Source of the DNA: an uncultured Coriobacteriia bacterium
GTDB taxonomy: Bacteria > Actinomycetota > Coriobacteriia > Anaerosomatales > PALSA-660
Reading direction: 5' to 3'
Length of the DNA: 64,000 nt
Assembly: GCA_963726435.1 (NCBI GenBank)
Contig: CAVSCJ010000005.1
Span: forward strand, 81,452 to 145,451
The notes beneath the pieces are model-generated. The model was not told the origin of the DNA and made no database searches. It worked only from the letters and a program-made list of their open reading frames with translations. The translations under genes were made by a program, and so were the position numbers. Shown here piece by piece: positions 9,928 to 21,158 of the stretch. Within the stretch, counting starts at the first letter, position 1. Every line of letters starts with the position of its first letter.

Positions 9928-11316
9928 GGTCGCGGCGTCCAATGCAGCCGGATGGCCCTCTTCGTGCCGGGACCCACCCGGTAGTCCTCGCTCATCCTCA
10001 CTCCGGCGACCCATACGATACGCTCGCCGTCGCGCACGACGGGGACGAGCGGGCGGCGCCTCGCAGGCACCTTGGCGTCGGTGAGAACATCCTGCAGCTT
10101 TCGGCTGCCCTCCATGCCCAGCGGGCGCATGCGGTCTCCGGGACGGACGGAATCGACGACGAGCCCCTCGCGCACGGCGTCAAGGTCGATCAGGGCGCTC
10201 GCGGAGTCGGTGTCGATGCCGTCAGGGCCGGCCGGCTCGGCGGTGACGCTCCCCGCCTCGCCTAGGTCGAGCATCCCCGGGACGTTGAGCAGAGATGGTG
10301 CCAACGCTCGCGCCATGCCCGCCTTCCGGGAAATGACGAGTGTACCGTACTCGTCGAACGCTCGCAGCCGTCCGGGCAGGTCTCGAGAGAAGCCGTCTTG
10401 CGCGAGCCCGTCGCACACGGCCTCCAGGTGCTCGAACTCGAGGCGTGAGGCCTCGGGGAACGCGGCGAACACCGCGCGGCGAAGCATGCGGCGCAGGAGC
10501 GGCGCGCGGGAGCGACGATGCGGCACGGGCGATCCGCAGCTCGCCTCCGCGGGACTCCACGTAGGCGGCCTCAGCCTCCGCGGCCTCTCCGTCGAGCAGA
10601 TCGTCCTCTTCGGACATGACTCGGAGCGTGCGAGCCAGGGTGGTATCGAACCTCGGGTTGATCTCGCGCAGGAGCGGGACCACGTCCGCGCGTACGCGGG
10701 CGCGAAGGCGCGAGGTATCGAGGTTGGTCGCGTCCTCCCGCCACGTCTGCCCCAGAGCCGCGAGGTAGCCCGTCACGTCCGCGCGCGTGCAGTCCAGAAG
10801 CGGGCGGACGACCCGTCCGCGGCGATACGGCGGGGAGACCAGACCGGAGACGCCGGTCCCCTGTGCCAAGCGCATGATCATCGTCTCGGCGCGATCGTCG
10901 AACGTATGCGCGGTGGCGATGCGGCCCGCCGCAGGCTCGACTCCCGCCTCCGTGCAGCGCGCGTCGAGCTCCTCGTCGGCGAAGCGGTAGCGGACGCGAC
11001 GGCCGGCGTCCTCCACGTTAAGCCCGGCCTCCTCCGCGTAGGCGCCTACGTCGTATGCCACGACACGGCACAGGACCCGCAACTCGCCGCAGAGCCGCTC
11101 GACGAACTCGGCATCGCTGCCGGCCGCCTCGCCGCGCAACCGGTGGTTGACATGCAGCACCGACAGCCACTGTCCGGCGGCCTTCGATCCGACGAGCCAA
11201 CGCAGGAGTGCGACCGAGTCGGCGCCCCCCGAGACCATCGCGACGACCGGCCCGCCTTCGGCGAACATCGCGCGTGCGGCCGCGGTGGCGGCCGCGATGT
11301 CTGGCAGGGTGCTCAT
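9924..11316 (-). pseudogene. tilS: tRNA(Ile)-lysidine synthase TilS with one frame break at about 10500-10510.
   Basis: The N-terminal PP-loop VAMVSGGADSVAL, TAHTFDDRAET and REDATN are in ORF 10222..11316(-). The C-terminal part ...APLLRRMLRRAV...RPLGMEGSRKLQDVLTDAKVP...VWVAGVR is in ORF 9924..10526(-). Confidence 0.85.
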
Positions 11317-11379
11317 GCGAGTAGCGTACCGCGCCTGGAGTGCCCGCGGTGGTGCGAGGGTCTCGGAACCGAAGGGCAG

Positions 11380-13146
11380 CTATCCGAGCTCGCGCTCGAA
11401 GACCTTGTCGATAGCGAGGATGTCGGTCGACGAGATGATGCCGAGCAGGCGTCCGGGATCGACCGGGTCCACGACTGGGACACGATCGAGATCGCCCTCC
11501 GACATGATGGCCGCGACGTCGCCGACGGACCGATCGGGCGAGGTGGTGACCACTCGCGTGACCATCAGCGCCGACACCGGGGTGACCGCCCTCTCCTGGG
11601 CCGGCAGGTCACGCACGTCCGAAAGACTCACGAAGCCGACCAATCGGGCGTCGTCGGTGACCGGAAAGCCCTTCCGCCGGTGCTTGAGAACGTAGTCATC
11701 GAGGAAGACCTGCACCGATGCGTCCACGGGCACGGTCATGACCGTGCTGGTCATGATGTCACGCACGCTCAGGCCCATGAGGCGGTCCACATAGTCCTCA
11801 CGGCGCCACCTCTGGCGCTTCGAAACGGAGACTCGACCGGCTACCGTGTAGGCGACCACCGACGCCACGAGCCCCGGTATCAGATACCCCGCGCCGCCGG
11901 TCGACTCGGCGACGAAGACCGCGGCCGCGATAGGCGTGTTGTAGCCCGCGGCGAGGAACGCCGCCATGCCGACGACCGGGAACAGCGGGCCATTCGCACC
12001 CGGGACCAAGCCCCGCAGTGTGGAGCCCGCCGCCGCGCCCATCGCGATCATCGGGATGAACAGGCCGCCCGCGGCGCCACTTCCGATGGTGGCCACGGTC
12101 GCGCCGACCTTGAGCAGCAGGAATTCGAACGACTCCACGGGTCCCGCCGCGCCGGACGTCAGGCGTCCGATGGCCTCGTACCCCGTCCCAAGCACCGACG
12201 CACTGCCGAAGAGGGCCAGACCGCCCAAGGCCAGGATCCCGACTACGAGCCCGCCGATCGCGGTGCGTGCCCAGAGCGGCAGACGGACGCGTCCGGCCAA
12301 CCGTTCTGCCGCATGAAGAGAACGCACGAACAGCCGGGCCACGAACCCCACGATCAGTCCGAGAAGCACCGCGTAGCCCAGGTCCGGGACCGACAGCACG
12401 TACTTCTCGGTCGCCTTGAAGAGAGGTTCGACACCCAGAAACTGCACCAGGACCAGGTACGACGCGACCGAACCGACCAGCGACGGGATCAGGGCCTCAT
12501 GCGCCATGTCGTCCATGTAGGGAACCTCGAGTGCGAAGATCACACCCGTGAGGGGCGCCTTGAATATCGCGGCGACGCCCGCGGCGGCTCCGGCGACCGC
12601 CATCTTCTTCACGTCTTCCTCGCCGTAGCCGAAGCGCGCGAGCTTCCGAGTCAGCAGCGAACCGATCGCGCCACCGAGATGGATCGACGGCGCCTCCATG
12701 CCCGCGCTTCCGCCAAGACCGACCGTCGCCAGCGCAGCCAGGACCTTGCCCGGCACCGAGCGGTAGGAGAAGACACCGCCGTGCTCGTGGTACGCCTCGA
12801 TGTACTCCTCGGTCCCTTGGATGGAGGGGTCTTCGGTCGTCTTCTGCATGAGCAGGCCGGAGATCAGGAGGCCGATGGTGGGAAGCAGCAGGATGGTCGC
12901 GGGCGTGAGGAGACGACTCGAGTTCTCCCACAGCACGCCGTATGCGACGAGGTCGATCAGGGTCACCGCAGCGCCGACGAGGACGCCGACGACCAGCGCG
13001 GGAAGGAACTGGCGGCGTACCTGGACCCACAGGTCGGCGGTCCCCTTGCGGGTCGCCAGAACGTAGTCGGACACGCGAGAACTCGGCGTACGCTTCAACG
13101 AACCCTCCGGCCCCGGTGCGGTCTTCGCCCGCTCCGAGCATAGCAT
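11380..13146 (-). CDS. ClC-family chloride/proton channel with tandem C-terminal CBS domains.
   Basis: GGSAGMEAPSIHLG, GSGAAGGLFIPM and about 10 TM helices, followed by two CBS repeats (VRDIMTSTVMTV..., ...VVDPVDPGRLLGIISSTDI). The start codon is uncertain. Confidence 0.88.
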   Translation of the reverse strand: MLCSERAKTAPGPEGSLKRTPSSRVSDYVLATRKGTADLWVQVRRQFLPALVVGVLVGAAVTLIDLVAYGVLWENSSRLLTPATILLLPTIGLLISGLLMQKTTEDPSIQGTEEYIEAYHEHGGVFSYRSVPGKVLAALATVGLGGSAGMEAPSIHLGGAIGSLLTRKLARFGYGEEDVKKMAVAGAAAGVAAIFKAPLTGVIFALEVPYMDDMAHEALIPSLVGSVASYLVLVQFLGVEPLFKATEKYVLSVPDLGYAVLLGLIVGFVARLFVRSLHAAERLAGRVRLPLWARTAIGGLVVGILALGGLALFGSASVLGTGYEAIGRLTSGAAGPVESFEFLLLKVGATVATIGSGAAGGLFIPMIAMGAAAGSTLRGLVPGANGPLFPVVGMAAFLAAGYNTPIAAAVFVAESTGGAGYLIPGLVASVVAYTVAGRVSVSKRQRWRREDYVDRLMGLSVRDIMTSTVMTVPVDASVQVFLDDYVLKHRRKGFPVTDDARLVGFVSLSDVRDLPAQERAVTPVSALMVTRVVTTSPDRSVGDVAAIMSEGDLDRVPVVDPVDPGRLLGIISSTDILAIDKVFERELG

Positions 13147-13207
13147 CGCAGCGAAGGGCGCCGGATCTTCCGGCGCCCTTCGCTTGAGGTCTCTTGCCCT
13201 TGACCTG

Positions 13208-13934
13208 CTACGTCTCGCCGAGGTAGGTCTTGCGCACCTGCTCGTTGACGAGCAGCTCCTTGCCCGGCCCTTCGAGCGCCACCTTCCCGGTCTCGAGCAC
13301 GTAGCCGCGGTCGGCGATCTGCAGGGCCATCGCCGCGTTCTGCTCGACGAGCAGGATCGTGATGCCCTTGTCGTTCAGCTTCTTCGAGTGTCTCGAAGAT
13401 GATCTCGACGACGACCGGGGCGAGCCCCATCGACGGCTCGTCGAGCATGAGCAGCTTCGGATCGGCCATGAGTCCCCGTGCCGTCGCGAGCATCTGCTGC
13501 TCGCCGCCCGAGAGGGTGCCGCCCTTCTGCAGGCGCCGCTCCTTCAGGCGCGGGAAGAGCTCGTAGGCCCACGCCATGGACTCCTTGACGCCCGCGACGT
13601 CCTTCGTGCGCAGGAACGCGCCCATCTCGAGGTTCTCCTCGACCGATCATGCGCGGGAAGATGTGCCGGCCCTCGGGGACCTGGATGATGCCCTTTGCCG
13701 TCACCTGGTGCACCGGCATGCCGGAGATGGTCTCCCCCATGAACTTGATCGAGCCCGTGCGCGGGCTGCAGCAGACCGGAGATCGGTCCGGAGCGTCGTG
13801 GACTTGCCGGCGCCGTTCGCGCCGATGAGCGTGACGATCTCGCCCTTGTCGACGTGCAGGCTGATGCCCTTGAGGGCCTCGATCTGGCCGTAGAAGGTGT
13901 GGATGTCGTCGACCTTGAGTACGTTCTCAGCCAT
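13208..13934 (-). pseudogene. livF: Branched-chain amino-acid ABC transporter ATP-binding protein LivF, with at least 4 frame breaks.
   Basis: The protein can only be read by hopping frames: [23 protein letters not shown]...[13 protein letters not shown] / ISGLLQP / [18 protein letters not shown]... / ENLEMGAF...LSGGEQQMLATARGLMADPKLLMLDEPSMGLAP...ETLE / KLNDKGITILLVEQNA...VRKTYLGET-stop. Confidence 0.85.
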
Positions 13935-14731
13935 CGGTGCCGCCCTGCGCCTGAGCCATCATCGCTTCGGCGCCCTTGCCCAGGTACGCCTCGATGACCT
14001 TCGGGTCGCGCTGGATCTCCGCGGGCTTGCCCTCGGCGATGAGCTCGCCGAAGTCCAGAACGTAGATCCGGTCGGCGATGTCCATGACGACCTTCATGTC
14101 GTGCTCGATCAGCAGGACGGTGACCCCGGTGTCGCGGATCCGACCGATGAGCTTCGTGAGCGACTTCGTCTCCTGCGGGTTCATGCCGGCCGCGGGCTCG
14201 TCGAGCAGGATGAGCTTGGGTTCGGTCGCCAGCGCCCGCGCGATCTCGAGACGGCGCTGGTCTGCCGTAGGGCAGGTTCTTCGCGAGCTCGTTGGCCTTG
14301 TCGGCCAGGCCGACGAAGCGCAGCCGGACTTGAGCGCCTCGTCGACCGTGTGCTGCTCCTCGCGCTTGAACGCCGGCGTGCGCAGCACCGCGCCGAGCGG
14401 GCCGGCCTTCGAACGGCTGTGCCGGCCGACCATGACGTTCTCGAGCGTGGTCATGTTCGCGAAGAGCCGGATGTTCTGGAAGGTGCGGGCGATGCCCATC
14501 TTGCAGACCTCGTGCGGCTTGCGCCCGCCGAGCTCCGTGCCGTCGAAGAGCACGGAGCCCTCGGTCGCCCTGTAGATGCCGGTCATGAGGTTGAAGAACG
14601 TCGTCTTGCCGGCGCCGTTCGGTCCGATGAGCGCGACGATCTCGCCCTCGTCGATGTGCAGGTCGACGTTCGCAGACGGCCCTGAGGCCCCCGAACATCA
14701 TGGTCACGTTCTCAGCTTGGATGACGGACAA
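13927..14731 (-). pseudogene. livG: Branched-chain amino-acid ABC transporter ATP-binding protein LivG, with 3 frame breaks (about 14665, 14335, 14270).
   Basis: Segments are SVIQAENVTMMFGGLRAV / NVDLHIDEGEIVALIGPNGAGKTTFFNLMTGIY...EALK / RLRFVGLADKANELAKNLPYG / DQRRLEIARALATEPKLILLDEPAAGMNPQE...LLIEHDMKVV. Likely TTG start at 14731 after CGGAG. Confidence 0.85.
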
Positions 14732-14767
14732 GGTCGCTACTCCGATCACACGTCGTCGGGGGTGATG

Positions 14768-15953
14768 TCACGGTTGCTCGGTATCCCACAACTGCATGTC
14801 CTCTTCGGCGAGGACGCGCTCGTCCTCGGGGTGCAGTTCCAGCGCTCGACGTTTGCTCGGGATCATGCCCTGTGGTCGTACGGCCATCATGACGACCATG
14901 AGCAGGCCGAACACGAGGAACCGGTAGCCGGTGATCGCCGAGGTCGCGTCGCCCGGAGAGCTTGATGACGCCGGCGACCATGAGGCCCTGGATGAGGTCG
15001 GGAACGCCGCGGATCAGCAGCGCGCCGACGATGACGCCCGGGATCGAGCCCATGCCGCCGAGCACGACGATGCACACGACGAAGACCGACTCCATGAACG
15101 TGAACGACTCGGGCGAGATGAACTGCTGCACGTAGGCGAACGTCACGCCCGCGATACCGCCCGACATCGCACCGAGCGAGAACGCCCACAGCTTCTGCGT
15201 CCTGATGTTGACGCCGCAGGCCGCGGCCGCCACCTCGTTCTCGCGCATGGCGACCCATGCGCGACCGAGCCGCGAGTCGTCCAGCCGCCGGATGATGATG
15301 ATGGCGCCGATGATGAGCAGCAGCACGACGAAGTACCAGAAGAGGTTCGTCCCGAACGACGAACTGCGCCGATCGGCGTCGGGAAGCGGACGTTGTCCGC
15401 AGCCACGTCGCGCCGGCCACGGCGGGACCATCATCTCGCTGCCGCGAGGCAGGCCCGTCGCGCCGTTGGAGAGGCCGAGGAAGTCGTTGTTGAGCAGATG
15501 CGCACGATCTCGCCGAAGCCGAGCGTGACGATCGCGAGGTAGTCGCCCCGCAGCCTCAGGACCGGGAAGCCGAGCGCGAGACCCGTCATCGCGCCCGCCG
15601 AGCGCCGCCGGGGATGAGCATCAGCGCAGTAGGTCGCGCCGCCGAGTGCTGCCCGAGACGGCCTGGCCGATGAGAACGCCCGCGTAGCCGCCCATCGCGT
15701 AGAACGCGATGTAGCCCAGGTCGAGCAGGCCGGCGTAGCCGACGACGATGTTGAGCCCGAGCGCGAGCAGCACCCAGATGCCGACGATGACGAGGATGCG
15801 GACGAGGAACCCGAGCCCGGACGCGGCCTGGAGCACGACCGGCACGATGATCAGCGCCAGCGCGATGACCGCCTAGAGCGCGATCTTCTTCGGCGGCGAT
15901 CTGGCCGCCTTGCTGGCTGACGCTTGCCGTTCGATGCCTGTCGCGTCGGTCAT
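14768..15953 (-). pseudogene. livM: Branched-chain amino-acid ABC permease LivM, with an in-frame TAG at 15873-15875 and at least 4 frame breaks.
   Basis: ATG 15953 ...[23 protein letters not shown]...[24 protein letters not shown]. Later segments [31 protein letters not shown] / [15 protein letters not shown] / ...AWVAMRENEVAAAACGVN...VVLGGMGSIPG... / DATSAITGYRFLVFGLLMVV...DTEQP-stop lie in other frames. Confidence 0.8.
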
Positions 15954-15956
15954 CGG

Positions 15957-16958
15957 CTACACCTTCTCCGCGACGGCTTCGCCGAGCAGACCGCCCGGAC
16001 GGAAGATGAGCACGAGAACGAGCACGATGAACGCGATCACGTCGCGGTAGCGCGGTGGAGAGGAAGCCGCTGGCCAGCGACTCGACGATCCCGAGAAGGA
16101 AGCCGCCGAGCATCGCCCCGCGCAGGTTGCCGATGCCGCCGATGACGGCGGCGGTGAACGACTTGATGCCCGGGATGAAGCCCATGTTGAACTTCACCGA
16201 GCCGTAGTACATGCCGTTGAAGACACCGGCCACAGCGCCCAGCGCGGGCCCGATGAAGAAGGCGAGCGCGATGACGCTGTTGATGTTGACGCCCATGAGG
16301 CCCGCGGCCTCGCGGTCCTGCGACGTCGCGCGCATGGCCTTGCCGATCCGGGTCCTCGAGACGAACGTGTCGAGGAAGAGCAGCAGAAGGAGCGTCGTGA
16401 CGATGATGAAGACCTGCATCGTCGAGACCTTGACGCCGCCGATGGTGAACGCCGTCGTGCGCGGGCACGAACGCCGTGCCGTCGACCCGGGTGTACGGCA
16501 GCTGCTTGCTGCTGACCCAGAGCAGCACGGCGTTCTGAAGGAAGATCGAGACGCCGATCGCCGAGATCAGCGGCGCGAGTCGCGGCGCGTGCCGCAGCGG
16601 CCGGTACGCGAACCGCTCGATGATGACATGCCCAGGAATCCCGACGACGATGGCCGAGATGCAGGAACGTCGCGGCGATGCAGCGCCGACGAATCCGATC
16701 GCCGCTGAGTTGAAGAAGGACTGGATCGGCGCGAGGAAGCCCATGCCCGGCGCCTTCGCCACGGCCGGGTCCGACAGCAGCTTCAGCACGCCAGAGGCCG
16801 ACGTAGCCGCCGACCATGAACAGCTCGCTGTGCGCGAAGTTGATCATGAGCAGGATGCCGTAGACGATCGTGTATCCGAGGGCGACGAGCGCGTACAGGC
16901 CGCCCAGCGTGATGCCGTTGACGATCTGCTCGAGCAGGTAGTTCAGAGTCGAGCTCAA
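15957..16958 (-). pseudogene. livH: Branched-chain amino-acid ABC permease LivH, with at least 4 frame breaks.
   Basis: TTG 16958 begins SSTLNYLLEQIVNGITLGGLYALVALGYTIVYGILLMINFAHSELFMVGGY. Remaining segments are ...ERFAYRPLRHAPRLAPLISAIGVSIFLQNA... / TTAFTIGGVKVSTMQVFIIV...MRATSQDREAAGLMGVN...GGIGNLRGAMLGGFLLGIVESL / AYRDVIAFIVLVLVLIFRPGGLLGE...-stop. Confidence 0.8.
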
Positions 16959-17121
16959 GCGAGGCTCCAGGTCGTGTGGTCGGACGCCGCGCCGGATGAT
17001 AACGACGTCCGAGCGCAGGACGGGTTCCCCGAGCGATGGTCCGGGCGGGCACTCGAGACGTGCCCGCCCGGACCGCACACCCCGCCGATGCGAGGCCGGA
17101 GACTATGCTAGTGCGAGCTCA

Positions 17122-18323
17122 CTACTGAGCGGGGACCCACTTGCCGTCGGCGCCTGACCGATGTAGACGGTGATCGCCTTGTTGGTGGTGTCGCCCTTGC
17201 TGTCGAACTGGACCTTGCCGGTGACGCCTTCGAAGTCGGTCTTGGCGACGGCGGCGATGATGGCCTTCTTGCCCTCGGTCGTGGCGACCTTGTCGGCGCC
17301 CATGCGTCTTGGCGACCTCGACGATCGCCTTGATGATGACGTTGGCGGCGTCATAGGAGTAGGCGTCGTACGCGGCGATCTCTCGCCGGGGTACTCGGCC
17401 TTGAAGCGGCGATGAACTCCTGGCCCTTCGGCATCTTGTCGACGGGCAGGCCGACGGAGGTGGCCAGGTCGCCCTCGGCGTTCGCCGCGCCGGCGAGCTT
17501 GATGAACTCGGGATCGAAGATGCCGTCGCCGCCCATGAGCGGCACCTTGACGCCACCCTCCTTGAGCTGCTTGGAGAGCAGCGCGCCGGAGTTGTAGATG
17601 CCGCCGTAGTAGACGATGTCCGGAGTCGGCGGACTTGATCTTGGTGACGAGGGCCTTGAAGTCGGTGTCCTTGTCGCCGGTCTTCTCGCGACCCGACGAT
17701 CTTGCCGCCGTCGGCCTCGAACTGCTTCGGCCCACTCGTCGGCGAGACCGACGCCGTAGACGGTGGAGTCGTCGACCACGTAGGCCTTCTTCTTGCCGGC
17801 GATCTTGGACGCGTAGTCGGCCCCGACGGGACCCTGGACCGAGTCGATCGGTGCAGACGCGGAAGTAGTTCGTCATGCCCATCTGGGTCAGGTCGACGGC
17901 CGTGTTGGCCGGGCTGACCTGGACGATGTTGGCCTGGTTGTAGATCTTGACCGCGACGCGGGTGACACCGGAGTTCAGGTGGCCCATGACGCCGACGAGC
18001 GTCGGGTTGGACGCGAACTGGGTGGCGACGTTGCCGCCCGTGGTCGGATCGCCCTTGTCGTCACCCTCGACGGTCTTGAGGATGATGCCGAGGTCCTTGA
18101 CCTCCTGCGACGCGTTGGCCTGCTTCACGGCGAGGTTCGCGCCGCGGACCATGCCCTTGCCCAGCGCGACCGCGCCGTCGGTGAGCGGCGCCCCGATGCC
18201 GATCGTGACACGGTGGTCTTCGCGCCACCGGTCGCCGCCGCCGCCGCACCCCGTGACAGCGAGCGCCACGAGCGCGAGCACGACGACGAGGGACAGGTAC
18301 TTCTTGACCTTGCCCATGCTCAT
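17122..18323 (-). pseudogene. livK: Branched-chain amino-acid ABC substrate-binding lipoprotein LivK, with at least 8 frame breaks.
   Basis: ATG 18323 follows GGAGGAAAGGG, with the lipobox LAVTGC. The segments GIGAPLTDG...FRVCT / DSVQGPVGADYASKIAGKKKAYVVDDSTVYGVGLADEW / QFEADGGKIV / GREKTGDKDTDFKALVTKIK / DIVYYGGIYNSGALLSKQLKEGGVKVPLMGGDG... / FKAEYPGE / IAAYDAYSYDAANVI... / MGADKVATTEGKKAI...ITVYIGQ / GADGKWVPAQ-stop alternate among all three frames. Confidence 0.85.
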
Positions 18324-18409
18324 CCCTTTCCTCCGACTTGACGTCCTGTTGTGACGGGCGGGTGCCTGATGCTTCTGCCCTGGGTACACCCGTCCTCAGG
18401 ATTCAGAGA

Positions 18410-18426
18410 GTGTATCAGAGTGATAC
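18410..18426. promoter_or_regulatory. Perfect palindrome TGTATCA-N3-TGATACA in the livK upstream region. It is a candidate operator and overlaps a -10-like GATACACT.
   Basis: Read directly from the sequence. It is the only AT-rich patch in the 288-nt spacer between the Rrf2 stop (18612) and the livK start (18323). Confidence 0.4.
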
Positions 18427-18611
18427 AAGGCGCAACAGTATCGGAAAGGCGCCGGACGCAGCGGCTCGACCCGCGTTTCGTGCGTGTTCCGGCCTCCTGC
18501 GACAGCCTGCGCGGCCGTGCGGCAGCGTGAGCTGATCGGCGAGCAAGAACGGCGCCCGGATGAATACGGAAGGCGGTCCGGCGCTCGCCCGCGAACGCCT
18601 CGGGCGCAGCC

Positions 18612-19024
18612 TCAGATGAAGTACATGGCTGCCGCGCTGACGTCGAGCTCGCGTTGTCTGGCGGCGAGGTCGGCCAGCGTGGTTCCCTCGAGGGCGAGTT
18701 CGAGAGCGGCGGAAGCCGAGGCCCACATCTCCGACACGGCGGAACCGGTCACCTGAGGCACGTCTAGGACGATCCGCTGCACCGCCCTGACGATCTCGGC
18801 CACCGTGATCTCGCCGGCGGGGCGCAGCAGCGCGCAGCCGCCTCCGGCGCCACGGCGGCACTCGACGATGCCGCGCTCGGCCAGCGCGGTGAACTGCTGC
18901 TCCACGAAGCGGCGCGGCAGACCGAGATCGTCGGCGATCTCGCCGGCGGCCACGTAGGCCCCCGGTTCCTGCAGGGCGAGCGCGGTCAGCCCTCGCAGCG
19001 AGTAGTCGAGGCGCTGGGAGACCC

Positions 19025-19028
<4 letters not shown>
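18612..19028 (-). CDS. Rrf2-family transcriptional regulator (CymR/IscR-like), intact.
   Basis: 138 aa: [72 protein letters not shown] 19028 overlaps the cysK stop as GTGA. Confidence 0.85.
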
Positions 19029-19988
<960 letters not shown>

Positions 19989-20034
19989 CGCAGACCTCCG
20001 TGATACGGCGGATGTAGCGGACGTCGTGGCGAAT

Positions 20035-20058
20035 GTACCCGCCTGCCGGCGCGGGTAC
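20035..20058. other. Palindromic hairpin GTACCCGC-N8-GCGGGTAC in the cysK leader/divergent spacer.
   Basis: Perfect 8-bp stem read directly from the sequence, lying between the putative cysK promoter and its RBS. Confidence 0.35.
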
Positions 20059-20067
20059 AAGACGATG

Positions 20068-20100
20068 AACCGCACCATTCTTCATGCTATACATGCGGTT
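20068..20100. promoter_or_regulatory. Inverted repeat AACCGCA-N19-TGCGGTT bracketing an AT-rich core (contains TATACA). Candidate operator of the divergent promoter region.
   Basis: Read directly from the sequence. It is located between cysK (minus) and the small plus-strand membrane ORF. Confidence 0.35.
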
Positions 20101-20175
20101 ACTGGCGACGACGCAGTCGACACGGCGGTTGCGGTACCCTTCAGTTGGGCGGACGGACGAGCGAGGGAGCGACCG

Positions 20176-20562
20176 GTGCGGCCGTGGTTCTGGGCGTGGG
20201 TGATCGTCGCGGCTGGCATCGCAGCCGCCGCAGCGCTCGCCCGCGATCGCACCTCCGCGCCCTTCGCGTTGGGGGCCGCCTGCGCCGCCGCGCTCGAGGC
20301 CGCGGGCGGCACTCCGGGGGCCGAGTGGCTCGCGTTCCTGGGAGTCTCGAGCGTCGTGTTCGTCGCACGTCAACCGGAAGCGGCACCGTCGTCGCCACGG
20401 TTGGACCGGGGCCGGACGCCACAGCATTGGTCGCACCGGCGACTGACAGGTCCGGCGCCCTACCCCTCCATGTGGACGAAGACCTCGCCGTCGCGCACGG
20501 CAACGGGATACGTGCGCACGTCGGCGTCGGGGTGGTCGGTGCTCCCGTCCCGAACGTCGTAG
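20176..20562 (+). CDS. Hypothetical small membrane protein (NfeD-N-terminal-like). The 3' end is doubtful.
   Basis: GTG 20176 follows GAGGGAG. Hydrophobic segments are WFWAWVIVAAGIAAAAAL and WLAFLGVSSVVFV. The tail overlaps the convergent Rieske gene by about 100 nt, so the true stop may differ. Confidence 0.3.
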   Translation: MRPWFWAWVIVAAGIAAAAALARDRTSAPFALGAACAAALEAAGGTPGAEWLAFLGVSSVVFVARQPEAAPSSPRLDRGRTPQHWSHRRLTGPAPYPSMWTKTSPSRTATGYVRTSASGWSVLPSRTS

Positions 20563-21118
20563 CGCCACCCGTGCCACGGGCAGATCAGCGTGTAGCCGTC
20601 GACGAACCCCTCCGCCAGCGGGCCGAACGCGTGGCGGCAGAGGTTGGAGAGCGCGAAGTAGTCGCCCTCGATTCGGACGAGCGCGAGTCGCGATTGCCGA
20701 TCTTCACGTGACGGGCCTGGCCGTCCGCAAGATCGTCGAACGCGGCCACACGCACGTCGACCGGGCCCGACACGGCCTCGACCACTCCGTGCAGCGCGCT
20801 GCCGTCCTCGACGTCGGTACGGATGAACAGCCCGCACCAGCACTTCTTCAGCGCTGCGAACTCGCTCAGGTGGAACTGTATGCACGGGCAGATGATGGCC
20901 ACGTCGGCCTTCGGATCGCCCGTCCTCAGGCGGCAGGGGCAGTAGACGTCGCCGGTCTCGGCGAGGATCTCGATCTCCGAGGTCAGGACCGCGTCGACGA
21001 ACTCAGCGTCGGTGTTGAAGCGGTAGCCGAGCCGCTCCACGAACGGAGTCATGTAGGCCTTCAGGTCGTCGAGCGTCGTGCCGTCTGCGAACCGCCGCCG
21101 CACGGGGTCGCCGCTCAC
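20460..21118 (-). pseudogene. Fusion of a ferredoxin-thioredoxin reductase catalytic-subunit-like domain (FTRc) with a Rieske [2Fe-2S] domain. There is one frame break inside the Rieske domain at about 20695.
   Basis: FTRc cysteines: YCPCRLR...IICPCIQFH...KKCWCGLFI. The same frame continues into the Rieske N-terminus GPVDVRVAAFDDLADGQARHVKIG. The rest, SRLALVRIEGDYFALSNLCRHAFGPL...ICPWHGWRYD...VAVRDGEVFV, is in ORF 20460..20885(-). GTG start 21118 follows GGAGAGGG. Confidence 0.75.
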
Positions 21119-21158
21119 CGGGTGCCGCCCTCTCCGTGAGATGGCCGGACGCACCCGG

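Noticed and set aside
7732-13143. Very long plus-strand ORFs (7732..9984, 750 aa; 10072..13143, 1023 aa). Similar giants occur elsewhere (58357..60225 +, 60188..62782 -, 52565..54319 +, 55471..57024 +).
   Set aside because: They lie antisense to strongly supported genes (ftsH, hpt, tilS, ClC, pat, opp). They are Arg/Asp/His/Gly-rich with no motifs. These are the shadow ORFs expected in stop-poor high-GC DNA.
15873-15875. The in-frame TAG in livM could be a pyrrolysine codon.
   Set aside because: There is no methylamine methyltransferase context. The gene is otherwise riddled with frame breaks, and Pyl is not expected in an ABC permease. It is treated as a nonsense lesion.
18207-18235. A possible compensated double frameshift in the livK linker. 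The in-frame reading is DRWREDHRV, whereas the neighbouring frame reads ATGGAKTTV, which looks more like a lipoprotein linker.
   Set aside because: The called frame is uninterrupted and the alternative is only a compositional impression. It cannot be decided without homologue alignment.
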